From Gemmatimonadales bacterium (GTDB lineage Bacteria > Gemmatimonadota > Gemmatimonadetes > Gemmatimonadales > GWC2-71-9), in NCBI GenBank assembly GCA_041615815.1, contig JBFJCP010000031.1, positions 1-52,329 on the forward strand: a DNA stretch of 52,329 nucleotides, given 5' to 3'. Below are positions 1 through 8,595 of this stretch, in pieces. The position numbers were made by a program, and so were the translations under genes. Each line of letters begins with the position of its first letter. Within the stretch, counting starts at the first letter, position 1. The notes below the pieces were generated by a model. It was not told where the DNA came from and did no database searches. It was given only the letters and a program-made list of their open reading frames with translations.

Positions 1-198
1 ATACTCCGTCCGCGACGCTTCGACGCCCCCGCTCTCGAAAATGACGACATCGGACGCCAACAACTCGAGTGACCCCAGACTGTCCCCGGCCGCTTGGAGC
101 TCATGAAACCGGTTGACCACCCCTTCTGGTGTCTGCTGCGCCCCGAGTGGCATGGCTGCAAGCGTGAGAACAGTCATCAGAATCCCCATCTGGCGCAT
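1..198 (-). CDS. Secreted SnoaL/NTF2-like (DUF4440-type) protein, 5' part only (runs off window start)
   Basis: Not in the ORF track. Manual translation from ATG 198 gives MRQMGILMTVLTLAAMPLGAQQTPEGVVNRFHELQAAGDSLGSLELLASDVVIFESGGVEASRTEY. It has a signal-peptide-like N-terminus and a GGAGGGG RBS upstream. The family call is by resemblance only. Confidence 0.65.
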   Translation of the reverse strand, partial: MRQMGILMTVLTLAAMPLGAQQTPEGVVNRFHELQAAGDSLGSLELLASDVVIFESGGVEASRTEY

Positions 199-271
199 GT
201 TTCCCCTCCAGGATCTATTGTTGTGGCGTCCGACTGAACCAGCGCAGACGAGTGAGGCAGCGTACCACTTC

Positions 272-2521
272 ATGACCGACGTAGCCAGGGCACCGCAATC
301 GGGACCGGAAGCCGCAGGCCACGGCTTCGGCACGGCACCAGTCTTCCTGGCCTCCATCAGCACCATCCTCGGCGCCATCATGTTCCTGCGGTTCGGGTAC
401 TCGGTGGCGCACGTCGGGTTCTTGGGCACACTGCTGATCGTCCTGTTGGGCCACATGGTGACGGTGCCCACGGCCCTCGCCATCGCCGAGATCGCGACCA
501 ACCGCCGTGTGGAGGGCGGGGGCGAGTACTTCATCATCTCCCGCTCCTTTGGCACCAGTATCGGTGGTGCCATCGGGATCTCGCTGTACCTGTCGCAAGC
601 CATCTCGGTAGCCTTCTACATGATCGCCTTTGCCGAGGCCTTTCAGCCACTGGCACCTCGGTTCGAGGCGATCTTCGGATTCGGCTTCGACCCGCGCATC
701 GTCTCGCTCCCGGCCACCGCGGGACTCGCAGCGCTCGTCCTCACCCGAGGTGCCAACTTGGGTGTGCGCGCCCTGTGGGCGGTCTTCGCCATCCTCGTGG
801 TCTCACTGGTTTTCTTCTCCGTGGGCACCCCGCCGGAAGGACTCGATCTCTCCGACCGTAGCGTCCTGGACCGCGTGGGGGACCCGGATCCGTTCATTCT
901 GGTGTTTGCGATCGTGTTCCCCGCTTTTACGGGGATGACCGCTGGGGTAGGGTTGTCGGGCGACCTCGCCAACCCCCGCAAGTCCATTCCGTTGGGGGTC
1001 CTATCCGCGACCTTCGCGGGCATGCTCACCTACGTGTGGGTCGCGTACAAGCTCGCCACGTCAGCCACCCCGGATCTCCTCGCCGACGACCAGTTGGTCA
1101 TGTCGCAGATCGCGCTCTGGGGACCGATCATCCCCATTGGGCTAGCCTGCGCGACGATCTCCTCGGCCATCGGATCGATCCTCGTGGCTCCGCGCACGCT
1201 CCAAGCCTTGGGAGGGGACGGTCTCGCCCCGACAGCGAAAGTGAACCGGTTCCTCGCCGAGGGAATTGGGGCCACGAACGAGCCGCGCAACGCAACGCTC
1301 ATCACGTCGATCATCGCCGTGGTCACCGTCGCTGCCGGCAACGTGGATATCGTGGCCCGCATCATCTCCATGTTCTTCATGGTGACGTACGGCGCGCTGT
1401 GCACGATCAGCGCCTTCGAGCACTTCGCCGCTCGCCCGAGCTACCGTCCGAGCTTCCGCTCCAAATGGTTTCTGAGCGCCCTCGGCTCGGTCATGTCGGT
1501 CTTCCTGTTGTTCCAGATGGACCCCTTCTACGCCATCGTCGCGATCGTCATCATGATCGCTATCTATCGAGGAATCAGAGCCACGCGAGGATCGGACGAT
1601 CTCGCCGCCATCTTCCAGGGGGTGATGACCCAAGCCACCCGGTACTCGCAGATCAAGCTGCAAGCGAGCGCCAGCCGACAGCGCACGGACGAATGGCGGC
1701 CCAGCGTCATCATGGTGAACGGCCGCACGTTCGGTCGCACGGCACCCCTGCAGTTCTTCAGCTGGCTGTCCCACCGGTACGGATTCGGTACGTACTTGCA
1801 CTACATCAAGGGACAGCTGAACACCGAGACGTTTCGCGAGAGCCGTAAGCACCTGAACCGGCTGATCGAGATGACCCAGGCGCGGCGGAGCGCCATCTAC
1901 GTGGACACGATGATCTCTCCGTCCATGCGTTCGGCGCTCGCCCAGGCCCTGCAGCTCCCCGGCGTCACCGGGATGGAGAACAACACGATCTTGTTCGAAT
2001 TCTCCAGGCACGATGGACCGGAAGAAGTACAGGAGGCTCTGGATGGCTGCGCCATGGCGAGCGCGACCCGTATGAACAGTCTCGTGCTTCGGCACAGTGA
2101 GACCTTCTTCGGACAGCGACGCAATCTCCACATTTGGCTGACGTGGCACGACTACCGAAACGCCAACCTCATGATCCTCCTGTCGTACATCCTGCTGGGT
2201 CATCCGGACTGGCACGACGCCGAAATCCGTATCTTCGCCGCCTTTCCGCAATCGCAGGTTCAGGATCAGCGGGAACGCCTGCACGAAATGATCAGCTCTG
2301 GTCGGCTGCCCATCAGCGAGAAGAACCTCCGCATCATTCCCACTGATGACGGCGTCGATTTCGATCGCCTGGTCCTCTCTCGCTCGGCCACGGCCGATTT
2401 GGTGATCTTCGGCTTCACAGAGGCCCGTCTGCGGGAGAAGGGAAGCGAGCTCTTCGCCCGGCACCCGGGATTGAACGATGTGCTCTTCGTTTCGGCGGAA
2501 CAGAGGATCTTGATTGAGTAG
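272..2521 (+). CDS. Amino acid permease / cation-chloride cotransporter (SLC12-like) family protein
   Basis: Motifs ILGAIMFLR, GGGEYFIISRSFG and FPAFTGMTAG, about 12 hydrophobic segments, and a soluble C-terminal domain starting at WRPS. ATG 272 is preferred over TTG 113. Confidence 0.85.
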   Translation: MTDVARAPQSGPEAAGHGFGTAPVFLASISTILGAIMFLRFGYSVAHVGFLGTLLIVLLGHMVTVPTALAIAEIATNRRVEGGGEYFIISRSFGTSIGGAIGISLYLSQAISVAFYMIAFAEAFQPLAPRFEAIFGFGFDPRIVSLPATAGLAALVLTRGANLGVRALWAVFAILVVSLVFFSVGTPPEGLDLSDRSVLDRVGDPDPFILVFAIVFPAFTGMTAGVGLSGDLANPRKSIPLGVLSATFAGMLTYVWVAYKLATSATPDLLADDQLVMSQIALWGPIIPIGLACATISSAIGSILVAPRTLQALGGDGLAPTAKVNRFLAEGIGATNEPRNATLITSIIAVVTVAAGNVDIVARIISMFFMVTYGALCTISAFEHFAARPSYRPSFRSKWFLSALGSVMSVFLLFQMDPFYAIVAIVIMIAIYRGIRATRGSDDLAAIFQGVMTQATRYSQIKLQASASRQRTDEWRPSVIMVNGRTFGRTAPLQFFSWLSHRYGFGTYLHYIKGQLNTETFRESRKHLNRLIEMTQARRSAIYVDTMISPSMRSALAQALQLPGVTGMENNTILFEFSRHDGPEEVQEALDGCAMASATRMNSLVLRHSETFFGQRRNLHIWLTWHDYRNANLMILLSYILLGHPDWHDAEIRIFAAFPQSQVQDQRERLHEMISSGRLPISEKNLRIIPTDDGVDFDRLVLSRSATADLVIFGFTEARLREKGSELFARHPGLNDVLFVSAEQRILIE

Positions 2522-2566
2522 CTTTCTGTCTTGCCGCCCCTTTTCAGCACCCCTAGCTTGCCCCCG

Positions 2567-3115
2567 ATGAGCAAGATCTACACGCGGACGGGCGACACCG
2601 GCGAAACGTCACTCTTTGGCGGCGGGCGCGTGCCGAAAGACCACCGACGGGTGGTGGCGTACGGGGAGGTCGACGAGCTCAATGCGACGCTCGGACTGGT
2701 CGTGGCGACGGAGCCACGTGATCTCGAGGTCGGCCTGATGGAAGCGATCCAACGAGACCTTTTCTCGATCGGTGGGCAGCTCGCGAGTCCAAAACCCGAC
2801 CGCGTGTCCAGAGCGCTCGAGAAGGCCGAGATCCCGCCGTCGCGGATCGAAGAGCTGGAGCGAGCCATCGATCGCATGGAGACCGAGCTTCCAGCACTGA
2901 AAGCCTTTGTGCTTCCCGGTGGCACGACCAAGGCGGCACTCCTACACATCGCCCGCACGGCGTGCCGCCGCGCCGAGCGCTCCGTCGTGCACCTCGACCG
3001 GGAGGAGACGGTGCCGCCCGTCATCCTCCAGTACCTCAACAGGCTCTCGGACGTGCTCTTCGCCCTGGCACGCCTGGCGAATCACCGGGCCGGGATAGCC
3101 GACAAGACGTGGTAG
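2567..3115 (+). CDS. pduO: ATP:cob(I)alamin adenosyltransferase, PduO/MMAB type
   Basis: MSKIYTRTGDTGET, YGEVDELN, FVLPGG, ARTACRRAER and YLNRLSD motifs. Confidence 0.93.
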   Translation: MSKIYTRTGDTGETSLFGGGRVPKDHRRVVAYGEVDELNATLGLVVATEPRDLEVGLMEAIQRDLFSIGGQLASPKPDRVSRALEKAEIPPSRIEELERAIDRMETELPALKAFVLPGGTTKAALLHIARTACRRAERSVVHLDREETVPPVILQYLNRLSDVLFALARLANHRAGIADKTW

Positions 3116-3116
3116 C

Positions 3117-4031
3117 ATGACCCGATACCCGTTCTATCAGCTCGATGTTTTCGCAACGACACCGCTCCACGGGAATCCGCTGGCGGTGTTCCCAGAGCCT
3201 GGTGATCTGACGCCCGCGCAGATGCAGGCCATCGCTCGGGAGATGAACCTGTCGGAAACGACGTTCGTTTTTCCATCGTCCAAGGCGAACCGGCGCGTCC
3301 GGTTCTTTACCCCCACCGCGGAGATTCCGGTCGCGGGGCATCCCACCATCGGCACCTGGTGGACACTCGCCGAGCTGGGGCGCCTCGACATCCCGGACGA
3401 TGGTGTGTGCCGGGTGCGTCAAGAGACGGGCAGTGGGGTGCTCCCGGTGGACATCCACATGTCGGGCGGGCGCCCCACGGAGGTGGTGATGGTCCAACCC
3501 CTCCCCGTGTTCGAGGAGACCTCGATCGATCTGGAGGATCTCGGAGACGCGCTCGGCGCACGAGCCGGTATGCTCGCGGATCCCGCTCCCCAGGTCGTGT
3601 CCACGGGAATCCCCCAATTGATGGTGCCGATCACGTCGCTCGAGGCCATCAAGAGCCTCCCGAGCGGAGGGTCCGGCGCGGCGCTGAGCCGGATCCTCCG
3701 GAGCGTCGGAAGCGACTGTGCCATGTGCTACACACTCGAGACGGAGGGCGACGGAGCCACGGTCCACTGCCGCATGTTTGCCCCCGGGCTTGGCGTGCCA
3801 GAGGATCCGGCCACGGGGAGCGCGGCGGGGGCCCTGGGGTCGTATCTGGTCTGGCACGGCATCGTTCGTCCCCACGACGGCGTCGCGAGCTTCGTCATCG
3901 AGCAGGGGCTGGAAATTGGCCGACCGAGCCGGATGCATGTGGAGATCTCGGTCGGAAATGGGGGCGAGATCACCGAAGTCCGGGTGGGCGGGCAGGCGGT
4001 GACCGTCATTACCGGCGAGGTTCAACTATAG
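3117..4031 (+). CDS. PhzF-family isomerase/epimerase
   Basis: DVF..GNPLAV, EMNLSET, AGHPTIG, EDPATGSA and EQGLEIGRPS motifs. Confidence 0.92.
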   Translation: MTRYPFYQLDVFATTPLHGNPLAVFPEPGDLTPAQMQAIAREMNLSETTFVFPSSKANRRVRFFTPTAEIPVAGHPTIGTWWTLAELGRLDIPDDGVCRVRQETGSGVLPVDIHMSGGRPTEVVMVQPLPVFEETSIDLEDLGDALGARAGMLADPAPQVVSTGIPQLMVPITSLEAIKSLPSGGSGAALSRILRSVGSDCAMCYTLETEGDGATVHCRMFAPGLGVPEDPATGSAAGALGSYLVWHGIVRPHDGVASFVIEQGLEIGRPSRMHVEISVGNGGEITEVRVGGQAVTVITGEVQL

Positions 4032-5140
4032 AACCGGCGGTCGTGCACGTCCCCCTCGGGGATGCCTCCTACGACATCCTGGTGGGACCGGGTGCGCTCG
4101 AAACACTGCCAGCATGCCTTGCCGCAGTCTGCCCGGCCACCCATTACGCCATCGTCACCGACACCACGGTGGCACCGCTCTATGCCGAGCGCGTCACCAC
4201 GCTGCTGCGGAGCGACACGCCGTGCACGGTCTGCAACTTCCCCGCGGGCGAATGGAACAAGACGCGAGAAACCTGGAGCGCCTTGACCGATCAACTCCTC
4301 GCCGCCGGTGTCGGGCGCGATGGTGCCGTGCTGGCCCTCGGCGGTGGCGTCGTCGGGGATTTGGCGGGTTTCGTGGCGGCCACGTACCTACGAGGCATTC
4401 CCTACGTGCAGTTGCCCACGACCTTGCTCGCCATGATCGACAGCTCGATTGGCGGCAAGACCGGAGTCGATACCACGCACGGGAAGAATCTCGTCGGGGC
4501 ATTCCACCAACCCCGCGCCGTAATCGCCGACACCGCGACGCTCACTACCCTCCCTCCGGTACACCGCGCGGCGGGAATGGCCGAGGCCATCAAGCACGGA
4601 TTCATCGCCGATCCGGACTACCTCGAGATGCTGCTCTCGCGTCGGGAGGCCATCATGGGCGCGGATGCCGAGGCGCTCACCGAGCCGGTGCGGCGCAGCA
4701 TCGAGATCAAGGCCGGTGTCGTGGCCGACGATGAACGGGAGCACGGCCGCCGGGCCATTCTCAATTTTGGCCATACGGTGGGGCACGCCGTGGAAGCGGT
4801 CAGTGGATATGGGCTGCTCCACGGCGAAGCGGTGGCACTGGGGATGATCGTGGAGGCGGATCTGGGGGTTCGGCTGGGCGTGACGGCGAGTGCCACGCGA
4901 GCGCAACTCGTCGACACCTTGGAGGCCTTCGCACTTCCTACCGAATTGAGCGTCGAGGCCACCGCCGACGACTTGCTGGACATCATGTCCAAAGACAAGA
5001 AGGTTCGGGCCGGGACTGTCAGGTTTGCACTTCCGAGCAAACCAGGAGCAATGGTGCGCGGTACCGAAGGCGAATGGACCATTGCAGCCCCAACGGAGAT
5101 CGTCCGGGAGACCCTGGCCCACGCCGGTCTCACCACATAA
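4028..5140 (+). CDS. aroB: 3-dehydroquinate synthase
   Basis: GGGVVGDLAGF, PTTLLAMIDSSIGGKTG, LNFGHTVGHA and HGEAVA motifs. The real start is ATA 4028 or GTG 4043, not 3359. Confidence 0.95.
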   Translation: MEPAVVHVPLGDASYDILVGPGALETLPACLAAVCPATHYAIVTDTTVAPLYAERVTTLLRSDTPCTVCNFPAGEWNKTRETWSALTDQLLAAGVGRDGAVLALGGGVVGDLAGFVAATYLRGIPYVQLPTTLLAMIDSSIGGKTGVDTTHGKNLVGAFHQPRAVIADTATLTTLPPVHRAAGMAEAIKHGFIADPDYLEMLLSRREAIMGADAEALTEPVRRSIEIKAGVVADDEREHGRRAILNFGHTVGHAVEAVSGYGLLHGEAVALGMIVEADLGVRLGVTASATRAQLVDTLEAFALPTELSVEATADDLLDIMSKDKKVRAGTVRFALPSKPGAMVRGTEGEWTIAAPTEIVRETLAHAGLTT

Positions 5141-5305
5141 GCATCCACACACTGTCCACACACCAACCGGTCATCAACATTTCGTAAGTGACTATTGAAC
5201 AACGACTTACGCCACGATTTGTTGGGCAATTTCACCCGGGGAATGGTCAGGCGCGTGGACAAATTCCCGAAGCTAAAGAGAGCAAACGATTTGTGATGTG
5301 GAAAA
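5141..5305. promoter_or_regulatory. Cluster of DnaA-box-like 9-mers around an IHF-like palindrome
   Basis: GCATCCACA 5141, CTGTCCACA 5152, TCATCAACA 5171, TTGTCCACG (rc 5254-5262), TTTTCCACA (rc 5297-5305, full TTWTNCACA match). CGTAAGT...ACTTACG inverted repeat at 5183-5211. Confidence 0.5.
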
Positions 5306-5315
5306 CTCTTTTTGC

Positions 5316-5344
5316 TTGACGCTCGGGAGCGCGTGTCCTATATT
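5316..5344 (+). promoter_or_regulatory. sigma70-type promoter of the sigma factor gene
   Basis: TTGACG (5316-5321), 17 nt spacer, TATATT (5339-5344). Confidence 0.7.
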
Positions 5345-5427
5345 CGCGCCGCCTAGTCAGTCATTTTGACTGTTTTTCGTTGGGCAGCCCCCACCCTCCA
5401 TTGGTCCGACGCAAGCTAGAGGCGTAC

Positions 5428-6324
5428 ATGACCCAGCTTCGCTCCAGGAAGAAGGGCTTCAGTTTCTTTCGCACCCACGCGTCGTCCGCTTTCGACCAGT
5501 ATTTGCAGGACATCCAGAAGCTCCCGCTGATCGAAAACCCGGAAGAGGAGCGCCGTCTCGCCCGTCGTGCCAGGCGAGGCGATCGGAAGTCGGCCGAACG
5601 CCTGGTGACCGCCAACCTTCGGTTCGTCATTTCCTACGTCAAGAAATACCAAGGTCATGGCCTCGATCTCTCCGAGCTCGTGGCCATTGGCAACGAGGGA
5701 CTGCTGAAGGCGGTCAAGAAGTTCGATCCGGATCAGGGCGTCAAATTCATCTCCTACGCGGTGTGGTGGGTCCGGCAAGCCGTGCTCAAAGCACTCGCCG
5801 AACAGACCCGCAGCGTCCGTATCCCCCTGAACCAAAACAGTCAGCTCATCCGCATGTCCCGCACCGAGACTTACTTGTCACAGGAGCTGGGCCGGGAGCC
5901 GACGGACAGCGAGATCGCGCGGGCTCTGGACGACAAGGTCGAGAACGTGCGGAGCGCGCGCCGTATGACGGCGGCCGAGGTCTCGCTCGACGCACCCATC
6001 GACCGGACGGACAAAGACGCCGCTACGATGGGTGAGCGGTTTGCGGGTCAGGAGGGCTCCGACATCGAGGACGACACGGACGGAAAGCTCCGCCGGGAGT
6101 TCCTCGATCGGGTGTTCAAGAAGTACCTGACACCCCGAGAGCGGAAGATCCTCTCGCTGTACTACGGGTTGGAGGAGGGATCCGAGGGCATGACGCTCGA
6201 GAAGATCGGGGCGCTGATGGGTGTGACCCGTGAGCGGATCCGCCAGATCCGGGAGCGGGCCTTCGAGAAGCTCCGCGACAGCCCGGACGGAGAAGCGCTG
6301 AAAGGGTTCTGGATGGCGGCGTAG
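5428..6324 (+). CDS. RNA polymerase sigma factor, RpoD/SigA family (short, no region 1.1)
   Basis: YLQDI (region 1.2), ANLRFV, GNEGLLKAVKKFDP, FISYAVWWVRQA (2.3/2.4) and TLEKIG..GVTRERIRQI (4.2). GAGG RBS precedes ATG 5428. Confidence 0.95.
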   Translation: MTQLRSRKKGFSFFRTHASSAFDQYLQDIQKLPLIENPEEERRLARRARRGDRKSAERLVTANLRFVISYVKKYQGHGLDLSELVAIGNEGLLKAVKKFDPDQGVKFISYAVWWVRQAVLKALAEQTRSVRIPLNQNSQLIRMSRTETYLSQELGREPTDSEIARALDDKVENVRSARRMTAAEVSLDAPIDRTDKDAATMGERFAGQEGSDIEDDTDGKLRREFLDRVFKKYLTPRERKILSLYYGLEEGSEGMTLEKIGALMGVTRERIRQIRERAFEKLRDSPDGEALKGFWMAA

Positions 6325-6398
6325 CCCTCGAGCCGATACCGTCCAGAATCCGGTACGGGCCCGGATCGCCACGCGGCGGCCGGGCTCGTTGCTTTGAT

Positions 6399-6446
6399 GG
6401 GAGCGGGGGCGGGAAGTCATTCCTGCTCCCCGCTCCCCGCTCCCCG
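6399..6446. repeat. Heptamer (GCTCCCC)n inverted/tandem repeat hairpin
   Basis: GGGAGCGGGGGCGGGAA..TTCCTGCTCCCCGCTCCCCGCTCCCCG in the intergenic region. Confidence 0.6.
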
Positions 6447-6459
6447 TTATTTTGATTAC

Positions 6460-7128
6460 ATGGCCCCGCGTCAGCTACCGATCTTCCCTCTCCCGCTCGT
6501 CCTGTTTCCAGGGACACCGCAATTACTCCACATCTTCGAGCCGCGGTATCGGCAGATGCTCGCCGATTGCGAAGACGCGGATGGGACGTTTGGTCTGTCG
6601 TTCATCTCGGAAGACCTCACCGCGGACGGTACACCGAGCCCGGGCGATGTCGGTTGCATGGCACAGGTGCAAGCCGTCCATCACCTGCCCGACGGCCGCG
6701 CGAACATCATGACCGTCGGGCGCGATCGATACGTGTTGCGCTCCTATGTCGAGACTGATCGCCTCTACCATGTCGGAGTCGTGGAACCTTTCGACGATGA
6801 CGAAGAGGAGGATCTCGACGGACCGGCTCGGAGCGTTCGGCAACACTTCAGTCGCCTGGTCGAGACGCTCGGTACACTCGGCGGGGTGACGCCGCCTATC
6901 GAGCTGCCAGGCGATCCGCGAGCACTCTCCTTCCGAGTGGCCGCAGCACTAGACATCTCGGTGGAAATCAAACAACAACTCCTCGAGCTTCGATCGACGT
7001 CCGAACGACTGCAAAAGCTGCAGGATATGCTGCACCATCTGACCGACGATGCGAACCGGCAAGTGAGTTTACACCTCCGAGTCAAACGCAATGGAAAGAC
7101 CGGGTCCTCGGTCACGATGGGCGAATGA
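6460..7128 (+). CDS. LON peptidase substrate-binding-domain protein
   Basis: LPIFPL.LVLFPG...LHIFEPRYRQM and DGRANI motifs, with no ATPase or protease domain. Confidence 0.9.
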   Translation: MAPRQLPIFPLPLVLFPGTPQLLHIFEPRYRQMLADCEDADGTFGLSFISEDLTADGTPSPGDVGCMAQVQAVHHLPDGRANIMTVGRDRYVLRSYVETDRLYHVGVVEPFDDDEEEDLDGPARSVRQHFSRLVETLGTLGGVTPPIELPGDPRALSFRVAAALDISVEIKQQLLELRSTSERLQKLQDMLHHLTDDANRQVSLHLRVKRNGKTGSSVTMGE

Positions 7129-8576
7129 GTCTTCCAAATCTCGTGATCCGCGCGCTGCAAGGCATCGTCGGGCCCTCGTGGCTCAAGACTGCCACGGCCG
7201 AGCTCGACACCTATGCGAGCGACGGACTGCCGACTCGACGGGCGCAACCTGGGGCCGTCGTGCTGCCCGGGAGCCAAGACGAGATCGTCCGGATCCTGCG
7301 GGTGCTCGAGCACCACGAGGTCCCGTTCGTTGCCCGAGGAGCCGGTACCGGGTTGTCCGGAGGCGCGCTGGCTTCGGAGGATGCGGTGTTGATCGTGCTG
7401 ACTCGACTCAATCGTATCCTCGAGATCGACATCGCCAATCGCCGGGCCGTCGTGGAGCCCGGGGTGGTAAACGCCCGTCTGACCACCGCCACCGCACGTT
7501 TCAAACTCCACTACGCACCGGACCCGTCGAGCCAGACGGCGTGCACCATTGGTGGCAACGTGGCGGAGAACGCTGGTGGACCGCACTGCCTCAAGTACGG
7601 CGTGACATCCAATCACATCCTGGAGCTCACCGTGGTACTCGCAGACGGGACGGTGATCGACCTCGGATCGCCCAACGGCGACCCGTGGGGCCCCGATCTC
7701 GTGGGGCTATTCGTGGGGTGTGAGGGAATGTTCGGGATCGCCACACGCATCGTCGTACGCCTCACGCCGACGCCCGTGGCTATCCGCACGATGTTGGCGG
7801 ACTTCACCTCGATCCGGCAGGCGGGCGAAGCGGTGTCCGCCGTTATTGCGACGGGCACCGTGCCGGCCGCGCTCGAAATGATGGACCAGAACTGCGTTCG
7901 CGTGGTGGAGGCCTCCGCGTATGCGGCCGGCTATCCCACGGATGCGGCCGCTGTCCTACTGGTAGAGCTCGATGGCACCTGCGAAGAGGCCGTGGATGCC
8001 GAAGCCCGGACCGTGGGCGACCTCCTACGTGAGTCCGGCGCTCGAACCGTGCAGGTGGCCCACGATCCCGCGCAGCGTGCCCGGTTGTGGCAGGGTCGGA
8101 AGAAAGCTTTTGGTGCCCTGGGGCGGATCAGTCCCGATCTCGTAGTGCAGGATGCGGTGGTCCCACGGTCCAAACTGCCAGACGTGCTCGGACGGATCGA
8201 TGAGATCGGCAAGGAGCATGGCCTGCCGGTCAGCAACGTCTTTCATGCGGGTGACGGCAACCTCCACCCCAATATCAACTACGACCGGGCCCAGCCTGAT
8301 GCCCGTAAGCGGGTGGAACAGGCTTGTGCCGACATCATGAACGTCTGTATTGCTGCCGGCGGCTCGATCACCGGAGAGCATGGCGTGGGGATCGACAAGC
8401 TTCGCTATATGGCAAGCATTTTCGACGCCGATACACTGACTGCCATGCGCAACGTTCGTCGCGTCTTCGATCCCGAAGAAAGGTGCAACCCCGGCAAAGT
8501 CGTGCCCGTACACGCCTGTCGCGAATGGTGGGTGAGCCCGCGGCTTCGGGACCCCGCGACGCTGGGGGTGGCGTGA
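7125..8576 (+). CDS. glcD: Glycolate oxidase/dehydrogenase FAD subunit GlcD family
   Basis: RGAGTGLSGG, YAPDPSSQ..CTIGGNVAENAGGPHCLKYG, HAGDGNLH and GEHGVG motifs. Confidence 0.9.
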   Translation: MSLPNLVIRALQGIVGPSWLKTATAELDTYASDGLPTRRAQPGAVVLPGSQDEIVRILRVLEHHEVPFVARGAGTGLSGGALASEDAVLIVLTRLNRILEIDIANRRAVVEPGVVNARLTTATARFKLHYAPDPSSQTACTIGGNVAENAGGPHCLKYGVTSNHILELTVVLADGTVIDLGSPNGDPWGPDLVGLFVGCEGMFGIATRIVVRLTPTPVAIRTMLADFTSIRQAGEAVSAVIATGTVPAALEMMDQNCVRVVEASAYAAGYPTDAAAVLLVELDGTCEEAVDAEARTVGDLLRESGARTVQVAHDPAQRARLWQGRKKAFGALGRISPDLVVQDAVVPRSKLPDVLGRIDEIGKEHGLPVSNVFHAGDGNLHPNINYDRAQPDARKRVEQACADIMNVCIAAGGSITGEHGVGIDKLRYMASIFDADTLTAMRNVRRVFDPEERCNPGKVVPVHACREWWVSPRLRDPATLGVA

Positions 8577-8595
8577 ACCGGCGGGGGGGTGGCCC

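Noticed and set aside
1142..2464. Long antisense or alternate-frame ORFs (also 11726-13165, 16622-17734, 24194-25366, 37987-38859, 41996-43081 and others)
   Set aside because: These are shadow ORFs expected in high-GC coding DNA. They have no recognisable motifs and overlap well-supported genes.
3359..4027. 593-aa N-terminally extended AroB fusion
   Set aside because: The extension overlaps the PhzF gene in another frame and is low-complexity Arg/Gly/Pro sequence. AroB similarity begins near 4028.
5141..5427. Definitive chromosomal origin (oriC)
   Set aside because: There is no clear DUE or DnaA-trio, no dnaA/dnaN/gidA context, and GC skew cannot be computed here. It is kept only as a DnaA-box-like cluster.
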